Assembly (NCBI GenBank): GCA_017464805.1
Contig: JAFTYE010000004.1
Span: 6,412 to 70,411, forward strand
Source: Clostridia bacterium
GTDB lineage: Bacteria; Bacillota; Clostridia; Oscillospirales; CAG-272
Direction: 5' to 3'
Length of the DNA stretch: 64,000 nucleotides
The notes under the pieces are model-generated. The model saw nothing but the letters and a program-made list of their open reading frames with translations. It was not told where the DNA came from and did not search any database. The position numbers were made by a program, and so were the translations under genes. This document shows positions 54,682-64,000 of this stretch, piece by piece. Numbering within the stretch: the stretch's first letter is position 1; every line of letters starts with the position of its first letter.

Positions 54682-55259
54682 CACCGAGAGAAGAATTTTT
54701 GGAAATTTACCGCAAGCATATCACGCGCGAGGGTGCGGATAAGCTGCTCGAGTACTTGTGCTCCCCGTCCTCGGACTTCTTCACAGCCCCCGCCAGCACC
54801 CGTTATCACGGCTCGCGCGAGGGAGGGCTTTGCGAACACAGCGTCAACGTCTACCATTGCCTGCGCGACTACCTCGCCCGCCCAGAAATGAAGGAAAAAT
54901 ACGGCCTTTCCTTTTCGGACGAAACGGTTGCCGTGGCCGCCCTGCTTCATGACCTGTGTAAGGTCAACTGCTATAAGGTCAGCCAACGTAACGTCAAGGA
55001 TGCGGACGGCCGCTGGAAGAGCGTGCCCTACTACGAGTTTGACGATCAGCTGCCCTACGGACACGGCGAAAAGTCAGTCTACATCGTCAGCGGCTACATG
55101 CGCCTGTCGCGTGAAGAGGCCTTCGCCATCCGCTATCACATGGGCTTTTCTACGGAAATGGACGCGCGCAATGTCGGCGCGGCCTTCGCCGCCTACCCTC
55201 TCGCCATGGCACTCTACATTGCGGATATGGAAGCGACCTATCTGGTAGATGATAAATAA
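54678..55259 (+). CDS. HD-domain phosphohydrolase
   Basis: STRYHGSREGGLCEHS and LLHDLCK (H...HD motif). ATGA overlap with the MATE stop. The track ORF start at 54405 is rejected. Confidence 0.75.
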   Translation: MTPREEFLEIYRKHITREGADKLLEYLCSPSSDFFTAPASTRYHGSREGGLCEHSVNVYHCLRDYLARPEMKEKYGLSFSDETVAVAALLHDLCKVNCYKVSQRNVKDADGRWKSVPYYEFDDQLPYGHGEKSVYIVSGYMRLSREEAFAIRYHMGFSTEMDARNVGAAFAAYPLAMALYIADMEATYLVDDK

Positions 55260-55261
55260 AA

Positions 55262-55304
55262 ACAAAAAGGCAGGCATCGCCACGCGGTGCCTGCCTTTTT
55301 GTTT
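55262..55304. terminator. Bidirectional intrinsic terminator
   Basis: GGCAGGCA-loop-TGCCTGCC flanked by A-rich and T-rich runs, between convergent genes. Confidence 0.8.
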
Positions 55305-55317
55305 TGCGCAGGGCGGC

Positions 55318-55482
55318 TTACTCGCCGTCCTTTTTGTTTTTCTTCGGTCTGTTGGTGAGGTAGTTGAGCAAAACAATGGAGCAGATGACAATGCCCATCA
55401 CGATCATGATGCCCAGCATACCCGTGCCCATATAGTGGAGATTGTTGATAAATTCCATAGGCTTGAACTGAAGGTCTTGCAT
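55318..55482 (-). CDS. 54-aa single-TM protein, OadG-like small subunit candidate (not in the ORF track)
   Basis: GGAGGTAGAAAAC SD, then ATG at 55482. Sequence MQDLQFKPMEFINNLHYMGTGMLGIMIVMGIVICSIVLLNYLTNRPKKNKKDGE. Starts 17 nt after the oadB-like stop. Confidence 0.5.
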   Translation of the reverse strand: MQDLQFKPMEFINNLHYMGTGMLGIMIVMGIVICSIVLLNYLTNRPKKNKKDGE

Positions 55483-55498
55483 GTTTTCTACCTCCTAA

Positions 55499-56599
55499 TT
55501 ACAGAAAGAAATTGAGGATCAGACCGCCCGCGATCACAGAGGCGACCTGGCCGGATACATTAACGCCGATAGAGTGCATGAGCAGGAAGTTTTGCGGATC
55601 CTCCTCCAGGCCCATCTTATGCACGATACGACCAGACATGGGGAATGCGGAAATGCCTGCCGCACCGATCATGGGGTTGATCTTCTTCTTGGAGAAGAGG
55701 TTGAGCAGCTTGGCAAACAGCACACCGCCTGCGGTATCCACGATGAAAGCGATAAGTCCAAGACCCATGATTAAGAGGGTATCGACCTTCAAGAAACTCT
55801 CTGCCTGCATCTGGTAAGCAATGGTCAGACCCAGGAACAGGGTGATGAGGTTAGCCAGTACCTTCTGTGCGGTCTCGGACAGCGAATCCAGCACACCGCA
55901 CTCGCGGAGCAGGTTGCCGAACATCAGGAAACCGACAAGCGACACCGCGTTCGGGGCGAACATGCCCACGATCAAAGTGGTGACGATGGGGAAGAGGATG
56001 CGGGTCAGCTTGGACACGTTGGCCGCCTTGTATTCCATGCGGATGCGGCGTTCCTTCTTGGTCGTCAGCAGGCGGATCACGGGCGGCTGGATGATCGGCA
56101 CCAGAGCCATGTAAGAGTAGGCGGCGACCATGATTGCACCGAGGTATTTGGAATTGAGGACGTTTGCCACGGCGATAGCGGTCGGGCCGTCTGCCGCGCC
56201 GATGATGGCGATGGAGGCGGCATCCTTGATGTTGGGGAAGAAGACCGAGGCAAGGCAAAGGGTAAAGAAGATACCGAACTGCGCCGCCGCACCGAAGATC
56301 ATCAGCTTCGGGTTGGAAAGCAAGGGACCGAAGTCGATCATTGCGCCGATACCGATAAAGAGGAGCAGGGGGAACAGCTCGTTGGCAATACCCGCATTGA
56401 AGAGGGTGGCAAGCGGTCCGTGCTCCATCGCGGCATCCGCACCGGGAATGTTGACGAGAATGGCACCAAAGCCCATAGGCAAAAGGAGCGACGGCTCCAT
56501 CTCCTTGTGAATGGCAAGGAAGATAAGGATCGCGCCGATCAGCCACATCACGGGCTGTCGCCAGTCAAGCTCTGCAAAGTTTTGAATGAGTACGTCCAT
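55499..56599 (-). CDS. Sodium-ion-translocating decarboxylase beta subunit (OadB/GcdB/MmdB family)
   Basis: 366 aa, polytopic. MGFGAILVNIP, IGAADGPTAI and GAAGISAFPMSGR motifs are typical of the OadB family. Confidence 0.88.
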   Translation of the reverse strand: MDVLIQNFAELDWRQPVMWLIGAILIFLAIHKEMEPSLLLPMGFGAILVNIPGADAAMEHGPLATLFNAGIANELFPLLLFIGIGAMIDFGPLLSNPKLMIFGAAAQFGIFFTLCLASVFFPNIKDAASIAIIGAADGPTAIAVANVLNSKYLGAIMVAAYSYMALVPIIQPPVIRLLTTKKERRIRMEYKAANVSKLTRILFPIVTTLIVGMFAPNAVSLVGFLMFGNLLRECGVLDSLSETAQKVLANLITLFLGLTIAYQMQAESFLKVDTLLIMGLGLIAFIVDTAGGVLFAKLLNLFSKKKINPMIGAAGISAFPMSGRIVHKMGLEEDPQNFLLMHSIGVNVSGQVASVIAGGLILNFFL

Positions 56600-56636
56600 G
56601 TTCGGGATCTCCTGTCAAAGTTTTCATACGGAAGTG

Positions 56637-56665
56637 ATTATACCACGAAACTTACAAAAATGCAA
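56637..56665 (-). promoter_or_regulatory. Sigma-A promoter of the oadB-like gene
   Basis: TTGCAT (56665-56660), 17-nt spacer, TGg-TATAAT (56642-56637). Confidence 0.7.
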
Positions 56666-56774
56666 TAGAGAAATCGGAATATTTTAATATTTTGTGACCG
56701 ATAGCCGCGCCCGGCATATTCCGGCGGCTTTTTCTCATACGCTTATAAAAGCAAAGCAAAAGGAGAGAACGCGT

Positions 56775-58325
56775 ATGTCGGGACTCGGCCGCTATTTGAA
56801 AAATGCCATCGTGCTCGTGGGGGCATCGCTGTTTATGCGAAGCGTGTCCCTCTTTTTCAACGCCTACGTCAGCCAAAAAATAGGCGCGGAGGGAATGGGT
56901 CTGTTTTCACTGGTCATGAGCGTGTACGGCTTCGCCGTCACCTTTGCCACCTCGGGCATCAACCTCGCCGTCACTCGTCTGTGCGCCGAGGCGATCGGGG
57001 AGGGAAACAAAGGGGAGGTGCGCGCTATTCTGCGCCGCTCGGTTCTGCATGCCCTTTTTTTCGGGGGAACGGCCTCGGTCGTGCTCTTTGCCTTCGCCTC
57101 GCCGATCGGCACGAGCCTCTTGGGCGACGCGCGCACCGTCCCATCGCTCCGCTTGCTTGCCGTCAGCATGGTCCCGATCGCGCTCTCCTCGGTCTTCTCG
57201 GGTTACTTCACCGCCATGCGCCGCGTCAGTCGCAACGCGGCCACCCAGCTTTTTGAGCAGGGGACGCGCATTTTCTTCACCGTCTACGGTCTGCTGGCCC
57301 TTGCCCCCGCAGGGTTGACCTATGCCTGCCTCGCTCTTGTCGGCGGCTCGGCGATTGCGGAATTTCTTTCCTTTTTCTTCTTGTTCATCCAATACCTCCT
57401 TGACCGCCGAAAACACCTGAAAGGCACCCCGTGTGTTGCAAGGCGGAGCCTTTGGGGGCGCATTCTGCACATTTCGCTCCCCGTGGCAGTCTCTACCTAC
57501 GTGCGCTCGGGACTGGTCACGGTCGAGCATATCCTCATTCCCCTGTGTCTGTCGCTTGGCGGCGCGCCGCGTGCCGAGTCGCTTGCCGCCTACGGCATGC
57601 TACACAGCATGGCCATCCCCGTGATTCTGTATCCCACGGCCATCTCCTCTGCCTTCTCGGGCCTGCTCGTCCCGGAGATGGCTGAGGCACAGGCGCGCGG
57701 GGAAACGATGCGCGTGCGCTACATGACCGAGCGCGCCTTGGGCGCGACGCTCCTTTTTTCCATGCTCTCGGCGGGGGTGCTCTGCGCCTGCGCGTCCGAG
57801 ATCGGGGTGTTGTTCTACAATAGCACCGAGGCAGGGCGATACATCCGCCTCATGGCCCCCGTGGCGGTTATCATGTACCTCGATACCACAGTGGACTCCA
57901 TCCTCAAGGGGCTTGGCTATCAGGTCTACTCAATGGGGGTCAACATCAGCGACTCGGCCCTGTCCATTCTGCTGGTCGTGCTGCTGCTGCCGCGCATGGG
58001 CGCGGTGGGCTACGTCCCCGTTGTCTGCCTTGCAGAGCTTTACAATTTTTCGTTGAGCCTTGTGCGCCTGCACCGCGCCGTTCCTTTTCGCACACCACTT
58101 GTGCGGATCCTCCTTTGCCCCTTCCTTTCGGTCGTGGGGGCCACGACGCTGGTGCGCCTTTTTCTGCCCGCCGCAGGCGGTGTGGGCAGCTTGATCTTTC
58201 ATATCGTGGCGATCCTTGTCCTGTATATCGGATTTTTGTGCCTGTTCGGTACGGTTGGACGGAGTGAGGCAAAATGGCTGTCGGATGCCCTGTCGCCGAG
58301 AAAAAGGACTTTGGCACAAAAATAA
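56775..58325 (+). CDS. spoVB: Stage V sporulation protein B-type MOP-superfamily flippase
   Basis: 516 aa, about 14 TM. The N-terminal pattern LKNAIVLVGASLFMRSVSLFFNAYVSQKIGAEGMGLF parallels B. subtilis SpoVB. SD AAAGGAGAG before the ATG at 56775. Confidence 0.75.
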   Translation: MSGLGRYLKNAIVLVGASLFMRSVSLFFNAYVSQKIGAEGMGLFSLVMSVYGFAVTFATSGINLAVTRLCAEAIGEGNKGEVRAILRRSVLHALFFGGTASVVLFAFASPIGTSLLGDARTVPSLRLLAVSMVPIALSSVFSGYFTAMRRVSRNAATQLFEQGTRIFFTVYGLLALAPAGLTYACLALVGGSAIAEFLSFFFLFIQYLLDRRKHLKGTPCVARRSLWGRILHISLPVAVSTYVRSGLVTVEHILIPLCLSLGGAPRAESLAAYGMLHSMAIPVILYPTAISSAFSGLLVPEMAEAQARGETMRVRYMTERALGATLLFSMLSAGVLCACASEIGVLFYNSTEAGRYIRLMAPVAVIMYLDTTVDSILKGLGYQVYSMGVNISDSALSILLVVLLLPRMGAVGYVPVVCLAELYNFSLSLVRLHRAVPFRTPLVRILLCPFLSVVGATTLVRLFLPAAGGVGSLIFHIVAILVLYIGFLCLFGTVGRSEAKWLSDALSPRKRTLAQK

Positions 58326-58447
58326 CACTCTTTTGTAAAACTTACTTTTTTGCAAGCGGGCAAGGATTTCCTCTTCCTTTGTTGCAGTTTTTATGATATA
58401 ATCGTACTATAGTTGAACAAAAACAACGCAGGAAAGGGGGCTCGGAT

Positions 58448-58918
58448 ATGACAAGCTGTTGCTTTACGGGACATCGGCAGATTCCCATGACGGAGTTCGG
58501 CCCCCTAACGCAGCATCTTGACAGCACACTGGAGACCTTGTACGGCGAGGGCTGTCGCCGCTTTTACGCGGGGGGCGCGATGGGCTTTGACACACTGGCC
58601 GCCTCGCGCGTGCTGATTCTGCGGAAAAGGTATCCCGACGTGCGGCTCTATCTGCTTTTGCCCTGCCGCCATCAGGCGCGGGGCTGGCCGCCGCAGGAGG
58701 TCGCTCGCTATGAGGATGTTCTGTCCCGCTCGGACGGCTTTCGCTATGTTTTTGAGGAATATTCCCCCACCGCCATGACGGCGCGCAACCACGCCCTTGT
58801 CGAGGCGGCAGAGGTGTGCGTTGCCTACGTGCGGCGCACGGCCAGCGGATCGGGTCAGACCGTCCGCGCGGCCGAGGAAAAGGGGATTCCCGTCCTCAAC
58901 CTTGCCAACCGATTTTGA
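58448..58918 (+). CDS. SLOG-fold protein (YpsA/DUF1273-like)
   Basis: CCFTGHR start, GGAMGFDTLAA, and C-terminal SGSGQTV, as in YpsA-family SLOG proteins. Confidence 0.7.
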   Translation: MTSCCFTGHRQIPMTEFGPLTQHLDSTLETLYGEGCRRFYAGGAMGFDTLAASRVLILRKRYPDVRLYLLLPCRHQARGWPPQEVARYEDVLSRSDGFRYVFEEYSPTAMTARNHALVEAAEVCVAYVRRTASGSGQTVRAAEEKGIPVLNLANRF

Positions 58919-58953
58919 TATGAGCTTATCACTCCGAAACAAGAGGTGAAGAT

Positions 58954-60270
58954 ATGAAACAGACCTTTCGCGGCGGTGTCCGCCTAAACGAGCACAAGAA
59001 CACCGATCACTGCATGACGGTGCGCTTGCCCTCCCCGAAACGGGTCTATATTCCGCTTTCCCAGCATATCGGTGCGCCCTGCACACCGCTGGTTAAGCCG
59101 GGTGACCACGTGCTTCGCGGTCAGCTGATCGGCGAGGTCGGGACAGGCCTCGGTGCGCCCGTGCATGCCAGCATTTCCGGCACGGTTGTCGAGCTTCGTA
59201 CCCGTCACAACGCCCTCGGCACGGTGGTCACCGACGTTGTCATTGACAACGACTTCCTTGACACACCCGCCGAGACCATGCACCCTGCTAGCACACCCCC
59301 CGAAACCTGGACGTCGGAGAAGATCATCGCCGCCGTACGGGATGCGGGCATTGCGGGTATGGGCGGCGCGTCCTTCCCGACCCACGCGAAGATGACCTCC
59401 GCGCTCGGCAAGGTGGACACCCTGCTCATCAACTGCGCGGAATGCGAGCCCTATATCACTGCCAACCACCGCCTGTTGCTCGAGGACCCCATGACCGTGT
59501 TGCGGGGCACGCGCCTCCTTGTTCGCGCCCTCGGCCTATCAAGCGGCACTTTCGTGATTGAGGATAACAAGCAAAACGCCATCGACCTGCTTCGCATCCT
59601 GTGCGACGCTTCCTTCCCCGAACTGAAGGTGGCTGCCGTTCGGACAAAATACCCGCAGGGGGATGAGCGTCAGCTCATCTACGCCGTCACAAAGCGCGAG
59701 CTTCCCTCCGGCAAGCTGCCCGCCGATATCGGCTGTGTGGTCTTTAACCCCGCTACGGCGGCGGCCGCCTACCGTGCCGTCACGGGCGGTATGCCCCTGA
59801 TCGCTCGCATTGTGACCGTGGACGGCGACTGCGTGAAGGAACCGAAAAATCTGCTCGTTCCCATCGGCACGCCCTTTCGAGATCTTGTTGATGCCTGCGG
59901 CGGCCTGATCAAGGAGCCCAAATCCCTGATCTCGGGCGGCCCGATGATGGGAGCTGCCCAGTGGAATCCGGACGAGCCCGTCACCAAGGGGACGAATGCG
60001 ATCCTGGTTCTGTCCGCGGACGCGACCAAGCCCTACGCAGGCGAGCATGAGTGCATTCGTTGCGGCCGTTGCGTGGGCGCGTGCCCGATGCACCTGATGC
60101 CCAACTACATCGCCGCTTATACCAAGCGAGGCGACTACGAAAGTGCCAAGGAGTACGGGGCTATGAACTGTGTGGAATGCGGCTCCTGCTCCTATATCTG
60201 CCCCGCCGACGTGCCGATCGTGCAGTATGTCCGCCGCGCCAAAAACGCCCTGCGGCAAAAGAAAGCGTAA
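58954..60270 (+). CDS. rnfC: Rnf electron-transport complex subunit C
   Basis: GGASFPTH NADH/FMN region, and two 4Fe-4S motifs CIRCGRCVGACP and CVECGSCSYICP. Confidence 0.93.
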   Translation: MKQTFRGGVRLNEHKNTDHCMTVRLPSPKRVYIPLSQHIGAPCTPLVKPGDHVLRGQLIGEVGTGLGAPVHASISGTVVELRTRHNALGTVVTDVVIDNDFLDTPAETMHPASTPPETWTSEKIIAAVRDAGIAGMGGASFPTHAKMTSALGKVDTLLINCAECEPYITANHRLLLEDPMTVLRGTRLLVRALGLSSGTFVIEDNKQNAIDLLRILCDASFPELKVAAVRTKYPQGDERQLIYAVTKRELPSGKLPADIGCVVFNPATAAAAYRAVTGGMPLIARIVTVDGDCVKEPKNLLVPIGTPFRDLVDACGGLIKEPKSLISGGPMMGAAQWNPDEPVTKGTNAILVLSADATKPYAGEHECIRCGRCVGACPMHLMPNYIAAYTKRGDYESAKEYGAMNCVECGSCSYICPADVPIVQYVRRAKNALRQKKA

Positions 60271-60283
60271 AGGAGGGAACACC

Positions 60284-61330
60284 ATGGAATATACCAAGCA
60301 AAACGACGTAGAAAACGGCGTGTACGATATGCCCGAGGGTGCGCCATCCTTTCCCGCCCTTCTGACCGTTTCTCCCTCCCCGCACCAAAAAACCCGCATC
60401 CATGTGCCGCGTATGATGATCGACGTACTCATCGCCCTGCTCCCTGCCTACGTGTTCGGTGTGGTTTGGTTCGGGCTGCGTGCGCTTCTCGTCGGTGTGG
60501 TATCGGTGGTTGCCTGCATTATCTCCGAGCTCGTCTTTGAGAAAATCCTGCGCCGCCCCGTCACGGTCATGGACGGCTCTGCCGCTGTTACGGGCCTGCT
60601 TCTGGCCATGAACGTGCCCGTCACCATCCCGATCCCATACCTCGTGATTGCGGATATTTTCGCCATCGTGGTGGTCAAGTGCCTTTTCGGCGGACTTGGC
60701 AAAAATATCGTCAACCCCGCGCTTGCCGCGCGTGTCTTTCTGTTTGTGTCCTTCCCCTCGGCCATGGCGAGCTTTGCCCGCCCCGCAGGCTTCCTTTCCG
60801 CAGATGCCGTGACGGGCGCGACCCCCCTTGCCGCCATCAAGGAGGCGGGGAGCATCGAGGGCATTGACCTTCTCAATCTTCTCCTCGGAAAAACGGGTGG
60901 TTGCATCGGTGAGGTGTCGGCCGTACTCCTGTTGCTCGGCGGTCTGTATCTTCTTTGCCGCCGTGTCATTTCCTGGCAGATCCCCGTTGCTTACCTCGGC
61001 ACGGTCGCGCTGATCGCGCTCGTCTTCCCGCGCGCGAACGGTGGCCTTGCGATGGTACCGATCGAGCTGCTTTCGGGTGGTCTGATGCTCGGTGCGCTCT
61101 TTATGGCAACTGACTACGCCACCTCTCCCGTCACCTCCGTGGGGCGGCTGATCTATGGCGTGTTGTGCGGTCTTGTGACGATGTTCATTCGTTACTTTGG
61201 TGCATATCCGGAGGGTGTTTCCTTCGCCATCCTGATCGCCAACCTCTTTGTCTACTACCTCGACCGTTATACCAAGCCCACCCTCTTCGGTGGCAAGAAA
61301 AAGCTGCTTGGGGGAGGTAAAAAGTTATGA
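60284..61330 (+). CDS. rnfD: Rnf complex subunit D
   Basis: NqrB/RnfD-family membrane protein. DAVTGATPL region and FMATDYATSP FMN-attachment motif. ATG at 60284 after AAGGAGGG. Confidence 0.92.
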   Translation: MEYTKQNDVENGVYDMPEGAPSFPALLTVSPSPHQKTRIHVPRMMIDVLIALLPAYVFGVVWFGLRALLVGVVSVVACIISELVFEKILRRPVTVMDGSAAVTGLLLAMNVPVTIPIPYLVIADIFAIVVVKCLFGGLGKNIVNPALAARVFLFVSFPSAMASFARPAGFLSADAVTGATPLAAIKEAGSIEGIDLLNLLLGKTGGCIGEVSAVLLLLGGLYLLCRRVISWQIPVAYLGTVALIALVFPRANGGLAMVPIELLSGGLMLGALFMATDYATSPVTSVGRLIYGVLCGLVTMFIRYFGAYPEGVSFAILIANLFVYYLDRYTKPTLFGGKKKLLGGGKKL

Positions 61331-61869
61331 AAATGAAGTATTACCTCAAGGTCACCCTGTCTCTGCTGCTCATCTGCATGGCCGTTGCAGGCCTCTTGGC
61401 GGCCGTGAATGCCCTAACCGTGGATATCATCGCCGCGAACGCGCAAAAGGAGCGCGAAAAGGCGGTTGGGGAGATTTTCTCCGATATGACCTCTATGCAG
61501 GATGCGGAGGGCGAGTGGCTTAACGGTGTCAACACCGTCTACGCTGTTTATCAAAACGACGTATGGATCGGTTACGCCGTGGACCTCGACAGCCGTGGCT
61601 ATGGCGGAGAGATCAACATGATCGTCGGCATCGGCACGGATGGCACCGTGTGCGGTGTGCGTGTCATTTCGCACAGTGAGACCCCCGGCCTCGGTAGCCG
61701 CGCGACCCTGTCGGATTACCTCGATAACTTCATCGGCGTGGGGGAACGTCTCACCGTTAAGGAGGACGTGGACGCCATCTCGGGTGCCACCATCTCGTCC
61801 AAGGCGGTCGTCGACGGCATCAACCTTGCGCTATCACTCGGACTGGGAGGTGTAGAGGCTCATGAATAA
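61327..61869 (+). CDS. rnfG: Rnf complex subunit G
   Basis: Single TM plus an FMN-binding domain with DAISGATISSKAV. Confidence 0.9.
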   Translation: MKMKYYLKVTLSLLLICMAVAGLLAAVNALTVDIIAANAQKEREKAVGEIFSDMTSMQDAEGEWLNGVNTVYAVYQNDVWIGYAVDLDSRGYGGEINMIVGIGTDGTVCGVRVISHSETPGLGSRATLSDYLDNFIGVGERLTVKEDVDAISGATISSKAVVDGINLALSLGLGGVEAHE

Positions 61870-62518
61870 GAAATTTTACATCGAGCACCTCAAGGAAGGC
61901 CTGCTCACGAACAACCCCACCTTCGTCCAGCTGCTCGGTATGTGTCCGACACTGGCGGTTACCACCTCGGTATCCAATTCCATCGGCATGGGCTTGTCTG
62001 CCACGGCAGTTTTGATGTTCTCCAACCTGTTTATCTCCCTGCTTCGCAAATTCATTCCCAAGCAGGTGCGTATCGCCGCGTACATCGTCATCATCTCGGG
62101 CTTTGTGACGGCCATCGAGCTTCTGCTTCATGCCTTCCTGCCCTCGCTGTACGCCTCGCTTGGCCTGTTTATCCCGCTGATTGTGGTCAACTGTATCATC
62201 CTTGCGCGTGCCGAGGCATTCGCCTCCAAGAACGGCCCTCTGCGCTCGCTTTGGGACGGTCTTGCAATGGGCCTTGGCTTTACCTTCGCCCTCATCCTGA
62301 TCGGCTCGGTGCGCGAGATCCTCGGCGCGGGCTCCATCCTCGGTTATGACCTGACCTTCGGTGTCTGGCAGCCCGCCCTGCTCTTCATCATGCCTGCGGG
62401 TGCGTTTATCACGCTCGGCTGTATCATTGCCGCCGTGACCGCCCTGCGCCGCGCGGCCGATGCCCGCGTAAAGGCCAAGGAAAAGACCGCAAGGGTAACA
62501 GGAAAGGAGGAGGAATGA
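61862..62518 (+). CDS. rnfE: Rnf complex subunit E
   Basis: NPTFVQLLGMCPTLAVT motif of RnfE/NqrD. Confidence 0.92.
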   Translation: MNKKFYIEHLKEGLLTNNPTFVQLLGMCPTLAVTTSVSNSIGMGLSATAVLMFSNLFISLLRKFIPKQVRIAAYIVIISGFVTAIELLLHAFLPSLYASLGLFIPLIVVNCIILARAEAFASKNGPLRSLWDGLAMGLGFTFALILIGSVREILGAGSILGYDLTFGVWQPALLFIMPAGAFITLGCIIAAVTALRRAADARVKAKEKTARVTGKEEE

Positions 62519-62519
62519 T

Positions 62520-63095
62520 ATGGAGATTTTTGCTCTGATGCTCTCGGCCGTTTTGATCGAGAACTTCATCTTCTCCCGCTTTATGGGCTGTTGCCCTTTC
62601 CTCGGCGTGTCGGAAAAGCCCTCCACCGCCGTCGGTATGGGTATGGCGGTCGTGTTCGTCATGACCCTGTCCTCCGCCCTGACCTGGGCGATCTACTACC
62701 TCATCCTTGTGCCCTTCCACCTCGAATACCTGCAAACCATCGCCTTCATCCTGGCCATCGCGGCACTGGTGCAGTTTATCGAGCTGTTTCTGCGGCGTTT
62801 CGTGCCCGCTCTGTACGGGGCACTAGGCATCTATCTGCCACTCATCACCACCAACTGTGCCGTGCTCGGCGCAGCCCTGATCAACATTCAACAGGGGTAT
62901 TCCTTCCTCGAATCGGTGATCTTCGGCTGTTCCGCAGGACTCGGCTTCACCCTTGCCATCGTGATCTTCGCGGGCGTGCGGCAGAAGATGACCTTCTGCA
63001 ACCCGCCGCGCGCATTCCGTGGCTTCCCGCTGACCCTGATCGCTGCAGGCCTTGCCGCCATGGCGTTCTCGGGCTTCTCCGGACTTTCGATGTAA
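62520..63095 (+). CDS. rnfA: Rnf complex subunit A
   Basis: ENFIFSRFMGCCPFLGVS motif of RnfA/NqrE. Confidence 0.92.
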   Translation: MEIFALMLSAVLIENFIFSRFMGCCPFLGVSEKPSTAVGMGMAVVFVMTLSSALTWAIYYLILVPFHLEYLQTIAFILAIAALVQFIELFLRRFVPALYGALGIYLPLITTNCAVLGAALINIQQGYSFLESVIFGCSAGLGFTLAIVIFAGVRQKMTFCNPPRAFRGFPLTLIAAGLAAMAFSGFSGLSM

Positions 63096-63110
63096 GGGGA
63101 GGGATGTGCT

Positions 63111-63923
63111 GTGCAACTGATGGATATTCTGACCCCCATTCTCTGGTTCGCTTTGCTTGGCGGTGTGTTCGGGCTGTTGCTCGCCATCGCCGCGCGCGTG
63201 TTTGCCGTCAAGACCGACCCCCGCATCCCGCAGATGGAGGAGGCCCTTCCCGGTGCCAACTGCGGCGGCTGCGGATATAGCGGTTGCTCCGCCTATGCGG
63301 AGGCAATTGCCAAGGGTGAGGCCGAGGTTAACCTCTGTGCCGTGGGCGGCACGCCCGTCGCCCAAAGGCTGGCCGCCGTCATGGGCGTGGAGGCAGGGGA
63401 GATCGTTCCCCACCGCGCCGTGATCCTGTGCTCGGCAGAGAAGAGCGAGGCTACCATGAAGTACCTCTACGAGGGCGCGCGTGACTGCGTCAGTGCCACC
63501 CGTCTCGGCGCGGGAGAACGCCTGTGCGAGAAGGGCTGCATCGGCCTTGGCAGTTGTGCTGCCGTCTGTGCCTTCGGCGCGATCAAGATGAAGAACGGCC
63601 TTGCCTGGGTAGACCCCGAGCTTTGTACCGGCTGCGGGACCTGCTTTAAGGCCTGCCCCAAGCATATCATTCGTATGGTGCCTGTTAAGAATAACTACGT
63701 CGTCAGCTGCTCCTCAACCGAGAACGGCAAGCTGACCCGTCTGGCCTGTACCAAGGGGTGCATCGGCTGTCGCATCTGTGAAAAGAAGTGCGAGGTCGGT
63801 GCCATCACCGTCACCGATAACCTCGCCTCGATCAATTACGACCTCTGCACCAACTGCGGTGCCTGCGCCACAGCCTGCCCGCGCCACATCATTGTGACCG
63901 TGGGGAAGGTAGAGCTTGTGTAA
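63111..63923 (+). CDS. rnfB: Rnf complex subunit B (polyferredoxin)
   Basis: N-terminal TM, CGGCGYSGC cluster, and several CxxCxxCxxxCP ferredoxin motifs. GTG at 63111 or ATG at 63120. Confidence 0.92.
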   Translation: MQLMDILTPILWFALLGGVFGLLLAIAARVFAVKTDPRIPQMEEALPGANCGGCGYSGCSAYAEAIAKGEAEVNLCAVGGTPVAQRLAAVMGVEAGEIVPHRAVILCSAEKSEATMKYLYEGARDCVSATRLGAGERLCEKGCIGLGSCAAVCAFGAIKMKNGLAWVDPELCTGCGTCFKACPKHIIRMVPVKNNYVVSCSSTENGKLTRLACTKGCIGCRICEKKCEVGAITVTDNLASINYDLCTNCGACATACPRHIIVTVGKVELV

Positions 63924-63935
63924 GTCTGTGTGAAT

Positions 63936-63967
63936 AAAAAGCGGAGAGCATCGCTCTCCGCTTTTTA
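63936..63967 (+). terminator. Intrinsic terminator of the rnf operon
   Basis: AGCGGAGAGC-ATC-GCTCTCCGCT followed by TTTTTA. Confidence 0.85.
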
Positions 63968-64000
63968 TTGGTTCAGCTTTCGTGGTGTATCAACCAATCC

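Overview
High-GC (roughly 60%) chromosomal segment from a spore-forming, anaerobic Clostridia-type Firmicute. Supporting genes are sigG, spoVFA/B, spoVB, rnfCDGEAB and a Re-citrate-synthase TCA branch. I support about 58 CDS, nearly all core metabolism. Left to right: sigG and an APC permease; a glycan-precursor operon (DegT aminotransferase, PglC-like transferase, alr, atypical GHMP kinase, nucleotidyltransferase, VOC protein) followed by wecB; spoVFBA; an SDR; a VTC / DUF4956 / beta-helix lipoprotein operon; a glycine-riboswitch-controlled alanine/glycine symporter; a DtxR-like repressor; a Re-citrate synthase-GntR-aconitase-IDH operon; a Leu T-box-controlled 11-gene leu/ilv super-operon with a DUF815 ATPase inside it; ilvE; a yerC(hisR)-hisZGDCBHAF-yggT-lspA-rluD operon; a small Cys-rich protein; an ABC-F ATPase; mnmG; a large Sel1-repeat protein; MATE and HD genes; an orphan OadB-type Na+ decarboxylase beta subunit with an unlisted 54-aa partner; spoVB; a SLOG protein; and rnfCDGEAB. 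I saw no CRISPR array, transposase, integrase, rRNA or tRNA. The most unusual feature is a gene-free 1.1-kb gap (48052-49186). It holds a consensus promoter, about 760 nt of densely structured non-coding sequence and a strong terminator, which I read as a candidate large ornate ncRNA that I cannot assign to a known family by eye. It is followed by a strand-asymmetric G-U-containing long hairpin. The many long antisense ORFs in the track are GC-content artefacts.
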